Of a DNA stretch of 64,000 nt, positions 32,021-43,095 are shown piece after piece. A program made the position numbers and the translations under genes. Below the pieces are notes generated by a model. It was given only the letters and a program-made list of their open reading frames with translations, had not been told where the DNA came from and ran no database searches. Numbering within the stretch: position 1 is the stretch's first letter; every line of letters starts with the position of its first letter. The DNA comes from Candidatus Omnitrophota bacterium (GTDB lineage Bacteria; Omnitrophota; Omnitrophia; Omnitrophales; JACQLI01), in contig JACPCP010000017.1 in assembly GCA_016179745.1 (NCBI GenBank), positions 2,626 to 66,625 of the forward strand, read 5' to 3'.

Positions 32021-33143
32021 ATGGAAATTACCCCCCGGGAAATCAAGGAAAAGTTTGGATCTCTCCAGAAGAAACTGAGAGAGATCAGGGGGTATCTTTG
32101 ACCTCGATGCCAAGTCCAAAGAAATAGCCCGCCTCACGGACGAAATGGCCCGGCCCGGTTTCTGGGACCAGCAAAAATCGGCCCAGGGAACGGTAGAAAA
32201 ACTTAAAGCGCTGAGACGGACCGTCGAACCCTTTGAGAAATGCGAGAAGGAAGCCGGGGAAATTGCCGAGCTCCTCGAAATCTTCGACGAATCCGACGCA
32301 GCCTCCTTTAAGGAAATCCAAGAACACCTCAATCGGCTTGAACATGAAGTCGGCGCCCTCGAATTCCAGCGTCTTCTTTCCGACCCCCTTGACAGCCACA
32401 ATGCCATCGTGAGCATCAATTCGGGCGCCGGCGGCACGGAATCCTGTGACTGGGCCGAGATGCTGCTCAGGATGTATCTTCGGTGGTCGGAACAGCACGG
32501 TTACAAGTCGAGGACCGTTGATTTTCAAGAGGGGGGTGAGGCCGGCATTGACAATGCCACGTTTCTGGTCGAAGGCGCCTACGCCTACGGTTACCTCAAG
32601 GCCGAGTGCGGTGTCCACCGTCTCGTCCGGACTTCCCCCTTTGATGCCAACAAACGCCGTCACACTTCGTTTGCCTCCGTCGATGTGATCGCCGAAGTGG
32701 AGGATGTGCCGGAAGTCGAAATCAAAGAAGCCGATATCCGGATTGACACCTACCGGGCGGGCGGGGCCGGAGGCCAGCACGTCAATAAAACCTCGAGCGC
32801 TGTCCGGATTATCCACCTTGCGACGGGCCTCATTGCGCAATGTCAGAACGAGCGCTCCCAGCACCAGAATAAGGAAGTGGCGATGAAAGTCCTCCGGGCC
32901 CGCCTTTACGAGCGCTACTTGAAAGAGCGGGAAGCCGAACTCAAATCCAAATACGGCGAGAAAAAGGAAATTGCCTGGGGCTCGCAGATCCGCTCCTACG
33001 TTTTTCATCCTTATACAATGGTCAAGGACCACCGCACGAGTGTGGAGACCTCGAACGGCCAGGCCGTGATGGACGGCGACCTGGACGAATTCATCCAGGC
33101 CTACCTCAAAAAATTTGTCGGCGACCGGGAGAAAAAAAAGTAA
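32021..33143 (+). CDS. prfB: Peptide chain release factor 2 with programmed +1 frameshift
   Basis: ORF0 is [26 protein letters not shown], followed by an in-frame TGA at 32099. Shifting +1 gives [24 protein letters not shown]... and continues to [16 protein letters not shown] and the GGQHVNKT (GGQ) motif. Confidence 0.92.
32087..32102 (+). promoter_or_regulatory. RF2 autoregulatory frameshift site
   Basis: AGG GGG TAT CTT TGA C: an internal SD-like AGGGGG, the slippery CUU U, and a UGA C stop context. Confidence 0.9.
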
Positions 33144-33148
33144 ATTCG

Positions 33149-35776
33149 ATGATTAACATTATCCTGAAAAAAATATTCGGCACGCAGAACACCCGGACAC
33201 TAAAGCAGCTCTGGCCGACCGTTCATCAAGTAAGTGCGCTGGAGCCTGAGATGCAAAAGCTCTCCGATGAAGCGCTCCGGGCGAAGACGGAGGAATTCCG
33301 CCAAAGGCTCGCCCAAGGGGCAGCGATCGAGGACCTTCTCGTGGAGGCCTTCGCCGTCGTTCGGGAAGCGGCCCGGCGCACCGTCAACATGCGCCACTTT
33401 GATGTCCAGATTCTGGGCGGCCTCGTGCTTCATCAGGGAAAAATCGCCGAGATGGCCACCGGAGAAGGAAAAACCCTTGTGGCCACACTGCCGCTTTATT
33501 TGAATGCCCTCCTCGGAAAAGGCTGCCACCTCGTGACGGTCAACGATTACCTCGCCAGACGGGACCGCAATTGGATGGGCCCCATTTATGAATCTCTGGG
33601 GCTCACCGTGGGCGTCATTCAACACGATATCCCCCAGGAGGAGCGGCAGGCCGCCTACCGTTCGGACATCACCTACGGCACCAATAATGAATACGGTTTT
33701 GATTACCTTCGGGACAACATGGTGGTGAATCTGGACGACCGGGTCCAGCGGCCGCTTCACTATGCGATCGTGGACGAGGTCGACTCGATCCTGGTTGACG
33801 AGGCCCGGACGCCTTTGATTATTTCCGGGCCGGCCGAGGAATCGACCGATAAATATTACAAAATCGACCGCATCATTCCCCGCCTTGATAAGGAGAAAGA
33901 TTTCAAGCTCGACGAAAAGGCCCACACGGTCACCCTGACCGAAGACGGGATCCGCCACTGCGAGCAATTGCTCGGCCTTGAGAATATTTACGAGAACACC
34001 CAGATCGACATCATCCACCACATCAACCAGGCCCTCCGGGCGCACGTCCTTTTCAAGCGGGACGTGGATTACATGGTGAAGGACGGCAAGGTCGTGATTG
34101 TGGATGAGTTCACGGGGCGGCTCATGCCGGGCCGGCGTTGGTCCGACGGGCTCCACCAGGCGGTGGAGGCGAAAGAGGGTGTGGTGATTGAGCGGGAGAA
34201 TCAAACACTCGCTACGATCACCTTCCAGAATTATTTCAGGATGTATAAAAAATTGGCCGGGATGACGGGGACAGCCGCCACCGAGGCGGATGAGTTTCAC
34301 AAGATTTACAAACTGGATGTGGTGGTGGTTCCGACGAATAAGACGTGCGTCCGGCGAGACCATTCGGACTGTATTTACCGCACGGAGAAGGAAAAGTTTG
34401 ATGCGGTGGCAAAAGAAATTTCCCAGCTTCACGAGGCCGGCCAGCCGGTCCTGGTTGGGACGATCTCGATTGAGAAATCGGAGCGGCTGAGCCAAATGCT
34501 CACCCGGAAGAATCTCCCGCATACGGTTTTGAATGCCAAGTATCACGAAAAGGAAGCGGAGATCATTGCGAAGGCGGGCGGTGAGGCGGCGATCACGATT
34601 GCGACCAATATGGCCGGCCGGGGAACGGACATTGTCCTAGGACCCAGTGTCCCCGAAAAAGGCGGGCTCTTTGTCCTTGGCACCGAACGACACGAGGCCC
34701 GCCGGGTGGACAACCAATTGCGGGGCCGGTGCGGGCGCCAGGGAGACCCCGGCAGTTCGAAATTTTATATTTCGCTGGAAGACGATTTGATGCGGATCTT
34801 CGGCTCCGACCGGATTTCAGGCCTCATGCAGAAACTCGGGATGGAGGAGGGTGAGGAAATCCAGCACCCCCTGGTTTCGAAGGCCCTCGAGACGGCGCAG
34901 AAGCGGGTCGAGGCCCGGAACTTTGAAATCCGAAAACACCTCCTCGAATACGACGACGTCATGAACCGACAGCGGGAGATCATCTACGGCGAGCGGGACC
35001 GGGTCCTGAAGGGGGAAAATCTCCGGGAGCATATTTTTGAAATGATCGAAGATATTCTGGAAGGAATGATCCTGAATGACCTGAACCCCGACCTTCGGGA
35101 GGAGGAGAAAAATCCAGAGGCGCTTCTTGAGGCCCTGAAGCAGAAGTTTGGCGCCGCCTTTGACGGCCTCTCGATCGACACAACGGAGAAACTCGAAGAC
35201 CTTCAGGAAAAAGTCTTTGAACGGGTCAAGGCGCAATACGAAGCCCGGGAGCAGGGGTTTGGCCGGGAACGGATGGCCTTTCTCGAGCGGTTCATTTTGC
35301 TTCAGGTGATCGATTCCAAATGGAAGGAGCACCTTTATTCGCTCGACAATCTGCGGGAGGGGATCCACCTGAGGGCCTACGGCCAGCGGGACCCTCTCGT
35401 GGAATACAAGCGGGAGGCCTTCCAGCTTTTTGATGAGGTGATTGAGAACATCAAAAACGACACGATCGAATTTCTCTTCAAGGTGGCGGCGGTCCGGGAA
35501 GAGAAAATGACCGGCGCCTTCCAGCGTACCCCGCAGCAATTTTTGCATCCCGAGGCTGTTTCGATGCCACAGCCGGAAGAAACGGGAACCACGTTTATCT
35601 CACAGGCGGGGGAAGGACCCGGAGGTCTCGCTTTGGATCGAAAGGTTAGTGTGCCGCCTCGCCCAGCCGGTAATATGGCTCCCCAGCCCGTCCGACGGGG
35701 TCAACCCAAAGTCGGCCGCAATGAACCTTGTCCCTGCGGCAGCGGAAAAAAATACAAGAAATGTCACGGGGCGTAA
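33149..35776 (+). CDS. secA: Preprotein translocase ATPase SecA
   Basis: [70 protein letters not shown], and a C-terminal zinc finger [14 protein letters not shown]. Confidence 0.97.
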   Translation: MINIILKKIFGTQNTRTLKQLWPTVHQVSALEPEMQKLSDEALRAKTEEFRQRLAQGAAIEDLLVEAFAVVREAARRTVNMRHFDVQILGGLVLHQGKIAEMATGEGKTLVATLPLYLNALLGKGCHLVTVNDYLARRDRNWMGPIYESLGLTVGVIQHDIPQEERQAAYRSDITYGTNNEYGFDYLRDNMVVNLDDRVQRPLHYAIVDEVDSILVDEARTPLIISGPAEESTDKYYKIDRIIPRLDKEKDFKLDEKAHTVTLTEDGIRHCEQLLGLENIYENTQIDIIHHINQALRAHVLFKRDVDYMVKDGKVVIVDEFTGRLMPGRRWSDGLHQAVEAKEGVVIERENQTLATITFQNYFRMYKKLAGMTGTAATEADEFHKIYKLDVVVVPTNKTCVRRDHSDCIYRTEKEKFDAVAKEISQLHEAGQPVLVGTISIEKSERLSQMLTRKNLPHTVLNAKYHEKEAEIIAKAGGEAAITIATNMAGRGTDIVLGPSVPEKGGLFVLGTERHEARRVDNQLRGRCGRQGDPGSSKFYISLEDDLMRIFGSDRISGLMQKLGMEEGEEIQHPLVSKALETAQKRVEARNFEIRKHLLEYDDVMNRQREIIYGERDRVLKGENLREHIFEMIEDILEGMILNDLNPDLREEEKNPEALLEALKQKFGAAFDGLSIDTTEKLEDLQEKVFERVKAQYEAREQGFGRERMAFLERFILLQVIDSKWKEHLYSLDNLREGIHLRAYGQRDPLVEYKREAFQLFDEVIENIKNDTIEFLFKVAAVREEKMTGAFQRTPQQFLHPEAVSMPQPEETGTTFISQAGEGPGGLALDRKVSVPPRPAGNMAPQPVRRGQPKVGRNEPCPCGSGKKYKKCHGA

Positions 35777-37284
35777 GGGGACACCCAACGGGTGCGCACG
35801 AAGCCCGCTCCTACATTCTGGCTATCTTTTCCGGATTCCTCCTCACGCTGGCTTTTCCCCGCTGGAACCTTTGGCCGCTGGCTTGGGCGGCCCTGATTCC
35901 GCTTTTCCACGCCCTCGAGAAGGCCCGCAGCCGAAAACAGGCTTTTATTTTTGGCTTCACCGCCGGCTTTGTTTTCTTCCTTCTTTCCCTCTCGTGGCTT
36001 CGTCACGTGACGGTGTTCGGATTATTTTTCGTGGCGGCAATGCAGACGGCGTATTGGGGGGTGTTTGGGTTGGTGTCTTTTGAAACCCAACGGGCGGGCA
36101 AGAGGCTTGCCCCCGCGATTTTGCTGCCCGCCGTGTGGGTTGCCCTCGAATTCATCCGCTCGGAAATCCCCGTGTGGGGGTTCGGCTGGAATCTTTTGGG
36201 TTACTCCCAGGCGCCCAATCTCTGGATCGCACAGCTGGCGAGTCTGATCGGGGCCTACGGCGTGGGCTTCCTCGTCTTTTTGGGAAATGCCGTCCTCTAT
36301 TCGGTGATCCGCCGGGGCAAATCGGAATTGCGGACCGCCTTTCTTTTTTTGCTTTTGATCGGGGCGGGCTTGCTTTTCGGCTGGAGCCGGATGGTGAGCG
36401 CCGCCGGCGAACCCCGCTTTCGGGTGACCGTGCTTCAGGGAAATATTCCCCAGCTCCTCAAATGGGATCCGGCCTACCGGGAGCAAATCCTGAAAATTTA
36501 TCTCAATTTGACGGAACTGGCGGGCTACGACCGGCCCCAATTGATTGTCTGGCCCGAGGCGGCCTACCCGGGATTTTTCAACCGGGAACTCGAAGCCGGC
36601 CGGGTGAGGGCGCTCGTCCGGAAGATCGAGACGCCGCTTCTGGTCGGAAGCCCGCATCAGGAAGACGACGGCTTTTTCAATAGCGCTTATCTTCTGGATC
36701 GTTCGGGCGATACCCTTCAACGCTACGACAAGATCCGCCTTGTCCCGTTTGGCGAATACGTTCCCTGGAAACCCGTCTTTGGATTTCTGGAGCGCTACGC
36801 CTACTCGCTCGGCGTGGGCGACTTCAACGCCGGCAGGGAATGGACGGTTTTTGGGCTCGGCGAAAGCGGTCCGAAATTTTCAGTGTTAGTTTGCTTTGAG
36901 GACATTTTTCCGGGAGTGGCCCGGAAGTTTGTCGGTCAAGGCGCCGATTTTTTGACCGTGATCACCAACGACGCCTGGTTCGGGCGTTCGAGCGCCCCTT
37001 ACCAGCATTTGCAGGCCTCGATTTTCCGGGCGATTGAAAACGGCGTTTCCGTGGTCCGTGCGGCCAACAGCGGCGTCTCGGGATTTATTACGCCGGAGGG
37101 CAGGGTGGCGGAACGAGTGAAGAATCAGGAAGGGAAAGACACCTTCGTGATGGGCGGGATGACTTATCCGGTGGTCTGGGCGAAGGAGAAAACTTTCTAC
37201 CGGAGGGGCGGCTGGATTTTTCCGGTGGTCTGTCTGGCGGGGGTCCTGGTGGCGGGGATTTTCCAAAGAAAGGAGAGCCGATGA
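35761..37284 (+). CDS. lnt: Apolipoprotein N-acyltransferase
   Basis: N-terminal TM bundle ([19 protein letters not shown]) and a C-N hydrolase domain ([35 protein letters not shown]). The start is uncertain; I chose ATG 35761, which overlaps the secA end. Confidence 0.85.
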   Translation: MSRGVRGHPTGAHEARSYILAIFSGFLLTLAFPRWNLWPLAWAALIPLFHALEKARSRKQAFIFGFTAGFVFFLLSLSWLRHVTVFGLFFVAAMQTAYWGVFGLVSFETQRAGKRLAPAILLPAVWVALEFIRSEIPVWGFGWNLLGYSQAPNLWIAQLASLIGAYGVGFLVFLGNAVLYSVIRRGKSELRTAFLFLLLIGAGLLFGWSRMVSAAGEPRFRVTVLQGNIPQLLKWDPAYREQILKIYLNLTELAGYDRPQLIVWPEAAYPGFFNRELEAGRVRALVRKIETPLLVGSPHQEDDGFFNSAYLLDRSGDTLQRYDKIRLVPFGEYVPWKPVFGFLERYAYSLGVGDFNAGREWTVFGLGESGPKFSVLVCFEDIFPGVARKFVGQGADFLTVITNDAWFGRSSAPYQHLQASIFRAIENGVSVVRAANSGVSGFITPEGRVAERVKNQEGKDTFVMGGMTYPVVWAKEKTFYRRGGWIFPVVCLAGVLVAGIFQRKESR

Positions 37285-37475
37285 AAAATTTCTTTCTGTC
37301 AATTTCCGGTCTCGTGTTCGGGGCGGTGGCGGTTTTGCACCTGGTGAGGTTTCTTGTGAAGTGGCCCGTAACGATCGGCCCGTGGGCGATTTCCAACAAA
37401 GTCAGTCTGTGGGCTGCGCTCGTGGCGCTCGTGCTTTCGCTGGGCTGCTTTTTGGCGAGAGGCGGGAAGGCTTAA
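37281..37475 (+). CDS. Small two-TM membrane protein, unknown function
   Basis: ATGA overlap with the lnt stop. [59 protein letters not shown]. Confidence 0.4.
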   Translation: MKNFFLSISGLVFGAVAVLHLVRFLVKWPVTIGPWAISNKVSLWAALVALVLSLGCFLARGGKA

Positions 37476-38061
37476 ATCAAAGAAAGGCCGCCGTCGGCCG
37501 TGACGGTCTGGCCGTAAATCCAGCCGGCCTCTTCGCTGGCGAGAAAGGCGACGACCTTTGCCAGGTCTTCCGGTTTTCCGATTCGTCCGGCCGGGGTGCG
37601 GCTTGTGAGTTGGGAATGTAACGTTTGGAGCCGAGGCTTGAAAGCGCAATGACGGAGCCGCCGTCCTTTTCAAGGAAAGGGAGGGCGGTTTGCGTGAGGA
37701 CCAACAGCGCCTTGGCGTTGACGTCAAGCGAGAGGTCCCATTGGTTGACCCGAAGTTTTTCGACCGGCTTGAAGGCGCCGAGCGCCGCATTGTGGACCAA
37801 GATGTGGATTTTTCCGAATTCCCGGCCGGCGGCCTCGATCAAAGATTCGGCCTCTTTGGGATTGCCGACATTGGCCTGGACCGTGAGGACCCGGGCGCCG
37901 TGGCCCTTCAGGATTTTTTCCGTCTCCCGGGCCGCCTCTTCATTCCGGAGATAATTGAGGACAATCGCCGCCCCCTCCCGGGCGAATTGTTCCGCAATCG
38001 CACGCCCGATTCCCCGGGAGCCCCCCGTGATCACGGCGACTTTCGTCTGGAATCTTTTCAT
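37472..38061 (-). pseudogene. Short-chain dehydrogenase/reductase (FabG/FabL-like) with internal deletion and frameshift
   Basis: The N-terminus is intact ([30 protein letters not shown]). The frame then turns to junk. The authentic C-terminus [38 protein letters not shown] is in another frame, ending at 37472. About 70 aa including the catalytic YxxxK are missing. Confidence 0.65.
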
Positions 38062-38109
38062 CGTCAGGCGAGAATTGTAACATAATACGTTCCTCGGAAA
38101 GGAGGTTCA

Positions 38110-38358
38110 ATGGCGAATACGCTGGAAGAAGATTACGCCGATTTTATTCAAATTCAGGGCCTGAAGGGCCAGATTGATATCCCGAAGGTTTGTGCGGAGT
38201 TTGAAATCACCGAAGACGAGCTTTTCGGTTTCATCAATGACCGGGTCGGCCGCCTTGAAGAACAGGGGATGACGGCGCAAAACGTGGGGGAAACCCTCGG
38301 CACGGCCTTCCTTTTCGGGTTTTGGCTCCGGGGCGTCCGGCCGGCCCCGGGGGCCTGA
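38110..38358 (+). CDS. Hypothetical small protein
   Basis: ORF with an upstream GGAAAGGAGG SD. No family recognised. Confidence 0.3.
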   Translation: MANTLEEDYADFIQIQGLKGQIDIPKVCAEFEITEDELFGFINDRVGRLEEQGMTAQNVGETLGTAFLFGFWLRGVRPAPGA

Positions 38359-38411
38359 ACCCCAAAACTATCTGTTTGTGAAACAAGGAGTCTCATTTAG
38401 AATAAACTGCT

Positions 38412-40025
38412 TTGAAACTCTATCTGGTCAACCCCCGGTTCGAGCCCACGATCTGGTCCTTCGAGGGGCTTCGCCCTTTCACCGGCACCCGGTTTCTCAC
38501 CACCCCCTTGGGCCTCGCCACGGTGGCCGCCTTGACGCCTCCTCACTGGGAAGTTGTGGTCCACGACGAGAATGTGGAGGAGCTTGATTTTGAAACGGAC
38601 GCCGATCTCGTCGGCATCACGGCCTTCAACGTCCAATACCAGCGCTCCCTCGAAATTGCGGCGGAATTTAAAAAAAGAGGGAAGCCGGTGGTTTTCGGCG
38701 GCCCTTACTGCAGCCTCTTTCCGGAGGCCTTTGAAGGAAAAGGAGATCACCGGATTTCGGGCGAGTGCGAAGAGATTTGGCCCGAATTTTTGAAGGATTT
38801 CGAGCAGGGGAAGGCCCGGGAGCTTTACCGGGCCGCCGAAAAAAAGGTCAATCTTGAAACGTCTCCGACGCCCCGCTACGACCTCCTCCGGGGCGAGCGC
38901 TACAACGTGTTTGTCCTCCAGTCGAGCCGGGGCTGCCCCTTTCAATGCGAATTCTGCGATATCATCGTGATGGACGGCCGGGTGCCCCGCACGAAAACGA
39001 TTGAGCAGATGATTGCCGAGGTCGACCATTGCGTGAAGCAGGGGGCCCACTACATTCTCTTCGGCGACGCCAATTTTATCGGCAATATTCCGTATGCCCG
39101 GAAACTCCTCGGCGCCCTCGTCGAATATCAGGAGAAGAGGGGCTACCCCGTGGAGTTTTGCTGCGAGCTTACGATCAACGTGGCCCACCAGCCCGACCTT
39201 CTCGGCCTCCTTCAGGCCGCCAATTTCTATTCGGTCTTCATCGGGATCGAGTCCCCGAGGCGGGAAAGTCTCATCGAGACCAAAAAGCTCCAAAACACCC
39301 GCAAGGACATCCTGCACGACATCGAAGCCATTCACGCTCATCACATTTCCGTGATGGCAGGGATGATCGTGGGGTTTGATTCCGACGACACCCTGATTTT
39401 CAAGGAGCAGTATGACTTTCTGAAGGAGCTCGGCGTCCCTTTCACAACCTGCGGCACTCTGATGGCCCTTCCCAATACGCCGCTTCTAAAACGCCTCGAG
39501 GCCGAAGGGCGGATGCTGGATCTCGAGTGGTCTTCGATGAACGGGCACGGGGCGGCGGACTGCAATTTTGTCCCCCGGCAAATGACTCTCGATGAGCTTC
39601 GGGCCGGACACAACTGGCTGATCCGGTGTCTTTACCGCTACGACGCCTTCAGCGACCGGCTTGTCACCCTTCTCAACCGGTTCCGGAATCAAAACCCGGA
39701 ACACCTTCGGGCCAGCCTCGACCGGAAATTCGCCCTGCTCCTTGTTAAAATTTTGAACTACTACCTCCTGACCTTTGATGGGGAACGCAGGACTTTCTTT
39801 GCCCGGACCTTTTGGCGGGTCTTAACGGATGGCCCGTTTTCGACGTCCAAGTGGCTCGAATTTTTCCGATGGATTGCCGCCTACCGGGCCTTTCGGAAAT
39901 ATGTGATCGAAACCCACGGGGACCCCGAGGGCATGGACCCTGACAATCCGCTATTTTCCCGGCCGGCCCCCGTCGAGGAACCCGAAAATAAACGGCTCCT
40001 GGTTTGTCCGAGCCCTGTGGTATAA
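38412..40025 (+). CDS. B12-binding-domain radical SAM enzyme (class B, DUF4070-type C-terminus)
   Basis: N-terminal cobalamin-binding-like domain (LGLATVAALTP..., DLVGITAF, KPVVFGGPY) and the radical SAM cluster motif SSRGCPFQCEFCD. TTG is the only available start, because an in-frame TAA lies at 38403. Confidence 0.85.
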   Translation: MKLYLVNPRFEPTIWSFEGLRPFTGTRFLTTPLGLATVAALTPPHWEVVVHDENVEELDFETDADLVGITAFNVQYQRSLEIAAEFKKRGKPVVFGGPYCSLFPEAFEGKGDHRISGECEEIWPEFLKDFEQGKARELYRAAEKKVNLETSPTPRYDLLRGERYNVFVLQSSRGCPFQCEFCDIIVMDGRVPRTKTIEQMIAEVDHCVKQGAHYILFGDANFIGNIPYARKLLGALVEYQEKRGYPVEFCCELTINVAHQPDLLGLLQAANFYSVFIGIESPRRESLIETKKLQNTRKDILHDIEAIHAHHISVMAGMIVGFDSDDTLIFKEQYDFLKELGVPFTTCGTLMALPNTPLLKRLEAEGRMLDLEWSSMNGHGAADCNFVPRQMTLDELRAGHNWLIRCLYRYDAFSDRLVTLLNRFRNQNPEHLRASLDRKFALLLVKILNYYLLTFDGERRTFFARTFWRVLTDGPFSTSKWLEFFRWIAAYRAFRKYVIETHGDPEGMDPDNPLFSRPAPVEEPENKRLLVCPSPVV

Positions 40026-40037
40026 TTCCGGCTTTAA

Positions 40038-40664
40038 ATGGGCCTCGAGACCCAGATCCGGGAGATTCAAAGGCGGGGACTGGACTGGGTGGTCGGTCAT
40101 TTTCCCGGCATTGGATTGGACGAGCGGGCCGAAGGTTTCGTAGCGCTCTTTAAAGATTTCATCCCGCAGTCGGCCAAAGTCCTGGACATCGGCGGCGGGT
40201 GGGGGTTTTATGCGGGGCCGCTCGAGCGGGTCCGTGGGTGCGAGGTCACGGTGCTGGATGTGGTCGAACCCGGGTTTCAAAAGGCGCCGGTCGTCACCTA
40301 CGAAGGGGAGCGGATCCCGTTTCCGGACCGCTCGTTCGAGGTGAGCCTCTTGGTGACGGTGCTTCATCATATGCCCGATCCCGAGAAGGTGCTGGCCGAG
40401 GCCCGGCGGGTGACCCGGCGTCACGTGATCGTGGTGGAAGATCTTTACAACACTTCACTCGGAAGGTTTTGGACGGCGCTCCGGGATACGTTGTTTAACC
40501 TCGAATTCGTGGGGCATCCGAGGAATTTCCGAAGCCGGGAAGGCTGGCGCCGGACATTTCAGGCGCTCGGGTTTAAGATCGATCACGAGCATGAAGTTGA
40601 CACGTGGGTTTTGGGGGTCCGGATTTTAAACGGAATTTTTGTTCTGAGTCACGCCCATGGATGA
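40038..40664 (+). CDS. Class I SAM-dependent methyltransferase
   Basis: KVLDIGGGWGFYA (motif I), VTVLDVVEP, FEVSLLVTVLHHMPDPEKVL. Confidence 0.8.
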   Translation: MGLETQIREIQRRGLDWVVGHFPGIGLDERAEGFVALFKDFIPQSAKVLDIGGGWGFYAGPLERVRGCEVTVLDVVEPGFQKAPVVTYEGERIPFPDRSFEVSLLVTVLHHMPDPEKVLAEARRVTRRHVIVVEDLYNTSLGRFWTALRDTLFNLEFVGHPRNFRSREGWRRTFQALGFKIDHEHEVDTWVLGVRILNGIFVLSHAHG

Positions 40665-41058
40665 GAACCAAATTTTTAGAAAAGTTCAGGAGTGTCTGGC
40701 CGGGGCGCTGGGCCTTTCGGCGGAGGAGATCCGTCCCGAATCCTCCCTCGTCCGGGACCTCGGCGCCGAATCGATTGATTTTATCGACATCCTCTTCCGC
40801 CTCGAAAAGACCTTTGATCTCAAGATCCCCTCGGGCGAGCTCTTTCCCGGCAACGTGCTGAATCAGGAGGGGCTCGTCTCCGGCGGCCGGGTCACTCCGG
40901 AGGGCCTGAAGGTCCTTCGTGAAAAGATTCCATTCCTTGATTTTACCCAGTTTGAGAAAGAACCCCTTGCCGCCAATCTCCCTGCGCTTTTCACGGTGGG
41001 GATGATTGCCGATTACCTTCGGGAACGAGTCTCCAGGAATATCTCCTCTTCCTCTTGA
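40657..41058 (+). CDS. Acyl carrier protein-like (extended C-terminus)
   Basis: LVRDLGAESIDFIDILFRLEKTF is the ACP 'DLGxDSLD' phosphopantetheine site with Ser. Confidence 0.7.
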   Translation: MDENQIFRKVQECLAGALGLSAEEIRPESSLVRDLGAESIDFIDILFRLEKTFDLKIPSGELFPGNVLNQEGLVSGGRVTPEGLKVLREKIPFLDFTQFEKEPLAANLPALFTVGMIADYLRERVSRNISSSS

Positions 41059-41438
41059 TGCCATTGGGCCTGAAACCCCTCGGGGTTGGAATTGATGTCC
41101 TCTCGTGGAAACGGACTCAGCGGTTTTTAGCTTCCCATTCCTTCCTCTTGATCGACCGGCTTTTGGCGCCTTCCGAACAAACTCTTCTTAAAAATGCCGC
41201 CGACCCCGTCCCCGTTTTTGCCCGCCTCTTTACGGCCAAGGAAGCGGTGATGAAGGCCTTGGGCGGCTCCTGGGCGGACGTGGGCCGGTTTCAGCAGATT
41301 ACAATCTCACTTGAGGGTAAAAACCGGTTCACGATGGAAGCGCCCTCCTGCAAAGACATTAAAGCAGAAGGAAGTTTCTTCGAGACCCCCAGCGGCATCG
41401 GCGCCAGGCTTGTGCTTTATGGGACCGGTGAGACATGA
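41055..41438 (+). CDS. 4'-phosphopantetheinyl transferase (AcpS type)
   Basis: LGVGIDVLSWKR (the GxD Mg site) and FTAKEAVMKALGG (the AcpS (W/F)xxKEAxxKA motif). Confidence 0.7.
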   Translation: MMPLGLKPLGVGIDVLSWKRTQRFLASHSFLLIDRLLAPSEQTLLKNAADPVPVFARLFTAKEAVMKALGGSWADVGRFQQITISLEGKNRFTMEAPSCKDIKAEGSFFETPSGIGARLVLYGTGET

Positions 41439-41860
41439 GCTGGGTTTGGCTGGACGGGGTCGAAGCCTTTGAAAAGGCGAAGCGGGTCACGGCCTGGAAA
41501 AAATGGGAGGCCGGATTTCCCCAGACTTATCTGATTGAGATGATGGCCCAGGCGGGCGCCGTTCTCCTCGGGGCGGAGAGCGATTTCGAGGACGACGTCG
41601 TCTTCATTAAAATTGAGGAAGTGGAATTTTTAATTCCGCCCCGGCCGGAAAAACGGCTGGACGTGGCCGTGGAAGCGGAAGGCCTTCGAAAGGAAGCCGG
41701 CTGGTTCCGGGGAGAAATTTTTCAGGAGGGGGAAAAAATTGCAGGGGGCCGGGTGCTTTTGATGAATGTGGGAAAACTCAAGCCGGGGGCCCGAAGCCCT
41801 ATCACGTTTCCGGCCAGGCTGATTGAAGGATTGAAGGCCGAATGTCCGGGCGAAGAGTAG
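41435..41860 (+). CDS. Hotdog-fold FabZ/FabA-like protein
   Basis: YLIEMMAQAGAVLLG resembles the FabZ central helix (xxEAxAQxxG). The usual His of the 'HFP' motif is not evident (EAGFPQT). Confidence 0.55.
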   Translation: MSWVWLDGVEAFEKAKRVTAWKKWEAGFPQTYLIEMMAQAGAVLLGAESDFEDDVVFIKIEEVEFLIPPRPEKRLDVAVEAEGLRKEAGWFRGEIFQEGEKIAGGRVLLMNVGKLKPGARSPITFPARLIEGLKAECPGEE

Positions 41861-43095
41861 TCATCACGGGGATCGGGACGGTGAGCGCCTGCGGCCTGGG
41901 TTATGAGCCGCTCTGGCAAGCCGCCGTGAAAGGGGAATCAGCCATCCGCCCCCTTTCCGAATTTTCCACGAACGGCTCGCCGGTCCGGGTGGGGGGAGAG
42001 ATCCCGGATTTCGAGGCCGCCGACTTCGTGAAGGAAAGAAAAAGTTTGAAGGTCATGAGCCGGGACATCCGTCTGGCCGTGGCCGCCAGCACGCTGGCCG
42101 TCCGGGACGCCGGTCTGGTGGTTGAATCGATGGATGCCACACGGGCCGGCGTGACGCTGGGCGCTCCCTTGATCAATAATGAATTGGACGAACTCGGGCT
42201 CGGGATCCGTGGGGCGCTCGATTCCGAAAAGCGGTTTCAAATCAAACGTTTCGGCCGGGAGGGAATCCGGGCGCTTTACCCCCTCTGGCTTTTGAAATAC
42301 CTTCCCAACATGCCGGCCTGCCACATTTCGATGACCCACCGCTTGAAAGGCCCGAACAACACGCTGATGACCTCCTCCACGGGCGGCCTGCAGGCGATCG
42401 GCGAGGCCTTTCGAACGATTCAGCGGGACGATGCCGATGTGATGCTGGCCGGCGCCACGGATTCAAAATTGAATCCCGTGGGCCTCGCCCGTCTTCATCT
42501 CCTGGGAATCCTTTCCACGAACGGTCACGAACCCCGCCGGGCTTACCGGCCGTTTGACCGGAGGCGGGACGGGATGGTGGTCGGCGAGGGGGCCGGGATT
42601 TTTGTCCTGGAGGAGCAGGGACACGCCTCGAGGCGGGGGGCCCGGATTTACGGAGAGATTCTGGGCTACGGCACCAATTTTAATCGGGAAGGGCAGTCCG
42701 TAAAAAAGGCGCTCGAAGAAGCCGGCCGGGGCGCCGATGAAATCGATTTCGTGCACGCCCACGGGAGCGGGGTCCGGGAGGAGGACATTTCAGAGGCAAA
42801 GTTGATCGCCGGAATTTTTCAAAACAGTTCCCGTCGGGTTCCCGTCACGGCCACCAAATCGGTGACCGGTCACCTGATCGACGCCTCCGGGATGACCGAG
42901 GCGAGCCTGGCCCTTTTGGCCCTCGATCGGAATCTCATTCCGCCGGTGGTCAATTTGGAGGAGCCGGACCCGGAATGCGACCTCAATTTTGTCACCGGGG
43001 CGCCCCGGCCGGTCGCTGCCCGGACATTTCTGGTGCACGGAATGGGACTCGGCGAACAGAGCGCCGCCGTCGTGGTGGGCCGCCATGAAAAATAA
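41842..43095 (+). CDS. Beta-ketoacyl-ACP synthase homologue with active-site Cys replaced by Ser (KS-beta/CLF-like)
   Basis: RVVITGIGTVSACG; LKGPNNTLMTSSTGGLQAIGEAF where FabF has ATACTSG; both His are retained (VHAHGSG, KSVTGHLIDASG). Confidence 0.8.
   Translation: MSGRRVVITGIGTVSACGLGYEPLWQAAVKGESAIRPLSEFSTNGSPVRVGGEIPDFEAADFVKERKSLKVMSRDIRLAVAASTLAVRDAGLVVESMDATRAGVTLGAPLINNELDELGLGIRGALDSEKRFQIKRFGREGIRALYPLWLLKYLPNMPACHISMTHRLKGPNNTLMTSSTGGLQAIGEAFRTIQRDDADVMLAGATDSKLNPVGLARLHLLGILSTNGHEPRRAYRPFDRRRDGMVVGEGAGIFVLEEQGHASRRGARIYGEILGYGTNFNREGQSVKKALEEAGRGADEIDFVHAHGSGVREEDISEAKLIAGIFQNSSRRVPVTATKSVTGHLIDASGMTEASLALLALDRNLIPPVVNLEEPDPECDLNFVTGAPRPVAARTFLVHGMGLGEQSAAVVVGRHEK

Noticed and set aside
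33200-34546. 448-aa minus-strand ORF inside secA, and similar ones opposite prfB, lnt, the radical SAM gene, the MMPL gene and lysS
   Set aside because: All are antisense to confidently identified genes and have no recognisable domains. They are treated as shadow ORFs.
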